Below are positions 5,348 through 6,700 of a stretch of 6,700 nucleotides of DNA, piece after piece. The notes under the pieces were generated by a model. It was not told the origin of the DNA. It saw only the letters and a list, made by a program, of their open reading frames with translations, and did no database searches. The stretch comes from a virus. The stretch lies in the IMG/VR virus record IMGVR_UViG_3300045988_000131, positions 1 to 6,700 of that record. The stretch is one strand, 5' to 3'. The translations under genes and the position numbers were made by a program. Numbering within the stretch: position 1 is the first letter of the stretch; every line of letters begins with the position of its first letter.

Positions 5348-6700
5348 TTATTTTGAATAAGGCAAACCGTACATACTGAATGGGCGAACAGCCACACAAG
5401 TATTGACACTGCCAATAAGTAACTTATCATCGTTTACTGTACCCGACCATTGATTTACAAAGATAGGATAGAGCAAAGATGCTCGACACTTAAACAAATC
5501 ATCTATACTACCATAAGAAGGTACAGCAGTAGAACCAATATTACGACGCCATAATGAAAGAAATCTTTGGTCATAACCTGTCACCCAAGAAGAGTAAGTA
5601 CCACAAAATCCACCCTCAAAATAATCGCGGGCACTTTTTAATTCAGCATACCGAGGAGCGTACCCATAAGTGACAGACATATCAATAGGATTTGCATTAT
5701 AGTCGTATGGCACAACTACGTCACACAAACCAAGCAAAGGCGCACTCAATTCACAGCGGTACTGTGTCTGCATACCAATAGAATCTAATTCCGGAATAGG
5801 GAAATCAGTAGCATCAGTCTTGAACAAATTACGGTCGACACCAACATGTGAATAATCAAGCTGAGGAATAGCACGATAAATTCCGATAATCATACCGTAA
5901 GTAGTAGATGTAAATTTGCAACCCGCTGACAAATCACCAATACCGATAGCCTTAATGTCAGGCGCACCTCCATTCTCAAAGTTAGTGTTAACCTGTGGAT
6001 TAATACTAAGAGTTTTATCATCGCCACCAATGAAAACAGAGGTACGAGAATCGACCTTTGGATTAATACCAAAGTGAGCAAGAACCTGTGCAGCAAAGTC
6101 AGGGTCATTACTATTCTGAATTTCCTTATATTTCTGCAAAGCAGTAGCAGAACGCAAAGCAGAAATTTTAAGAGAAGAGCCTGCAGTGGTCAACTTACCC
6201 CTAAAGCCAAGAAGTAAATCGCCTGTAGACCCAGTACGAATACGTGAAACGTGACCGTCAGGCGTAGAGACAGGAGCAATATTCTGCTTCTGCAAATTAT
6301 CACCCGCAGCGTAAGAAGTACTATTAAAAATCGTACCAATAGAATTATCAGCAGTATCAAAAACCCTAAACGTAGAAAGAGCATTATTCGTATTTACAGA
6401 AACAGCGGACTCATCGCCATACTGCGCACGTGGAAGTACTGACGTAAAATAATCGATAGGAAGATTAGAATTTTCCAAATCAATGATAGAAGTCATCAAA
6501 GTATTAAACGTACTAGACCGTATGAAAGTCTTAGCGTTCATATTATCAGTAGGACCCAAATAGTCGATGTTACAAGTCCACGGTTCGAAAGGCTGCCATT
6601 TTTCGTTACGATAATGGTCATTACAAATCTTATGATAAGCCAACAAAGGAAAAATTGATAAGTTTGGACTATTAGTAATTGAAGACGCTTCATAGGTAAA
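5348..6700 (-). CDS. Major capsid protein VP1, 3' part (TAA stop at 5350-5348). Bases 6646-6700 duplicate 1-55, so the unique portion is 5348-6645.
   Basis: The 432-aa ORF opens with ...PLLAYHKICNDHYRNEKW..., which resembles the conserved LP.RAY..IYN..YR block of Microviridae capsid proteins. The M at 6646 in the ORF track is a TTG codon inside the continuous frame, not a real start. The frame stays open to the window edge. Confidence 0.93.
   Translation of the reverse strand, partial: FTYEASSITNSPNLSIFPLLAYHKICNDHYRNEKWQPFEPWTCNIDYLGPTDNMNAKTFIRSSTFNTLMTSIIDLENSNLPIDYFTSVLPRAQYGDESAVSVNTNNALSTFRVFDTADNSIGTIFNSTSYAAGDNLQKQNIAPVSTPDGHVSRIRTGSTGDLLLGFRGKLTTAGSSLKISALRSATALQKYKEIQNSNDPDFAAQVLAHFGINPKVDSRTSVFIGGDDKTLSINPQVNTNFENGGAPDIKAIGIGDLSAGCKFTSTTYGMIIGIYRAIPQLDYSHVGVDRNLFKTDATDFPIPELDSIGMQTQYRCELSAPLLGLCDVVVPYDYNANPIDMSVTYGYAPRYAELKSARDYFEGGFCGTYSSWVTGYDQRFLSLWRRNIGSTAVPSYGSIDDLFKCRASLLYPIFVNQWSGTVNDDKLLIGSVNTCVAVRPFSMYGLPYSK
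6646..6700. repeat. Terminal direct repeat, right copy (identical to 1-55)
   Basis: Same evidence as the left copy. Confidence 0.95.

Overview
The window is one complete circular ssDNA phage genome of the family Microviridae, about 6,645 nt long. It is linearised inside the major capsid gene and carries a 55-nt assembly-style overlap, with 1-55 identical to 6646-6700. All credible genes lie on the minus strand, so the window is the complement of the viral/coding strand. They are packed with gaps or overlaps of 2-29 nt. In the direction of transcription the order is: Bacteroidota-type promoter (~2946-2915), 71-aa lipoprotein-like ORF, two small unknown ORFs, VP4 HUH replication initiator (517 aa), VP1 major capsid protein (680 aa once the ends are joined), a 149-aa acidic coiled-coil protein in the scaffold position, VP2 pilot/minor capsid protein (~485 aa), tandem stops, and an intrinsic terminator (~3408-3363). 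One 504-nt AT-rich noncoding region (2911-3414) holds the promoter, the terminator and a dense set of palindromes and inverted repeats, and is the likely replication-origin/regulatory region. Large VP1 and VP4, no Shine-Dalgarno sequences and a TTTG/TAnnTTTG promoter suggest an Alpavirinae-like microvirus of a Bacteroidota host; this is inference. Points worth a second look are the complete absence of GATC and GGCC, the tiny lipoprotein as first gene of the operon, the structured intergenic region, and a nearly stop-free +1 frame inside VP4. No tRNA, rRNA, CRISPR array, integrase or transposase is visible.
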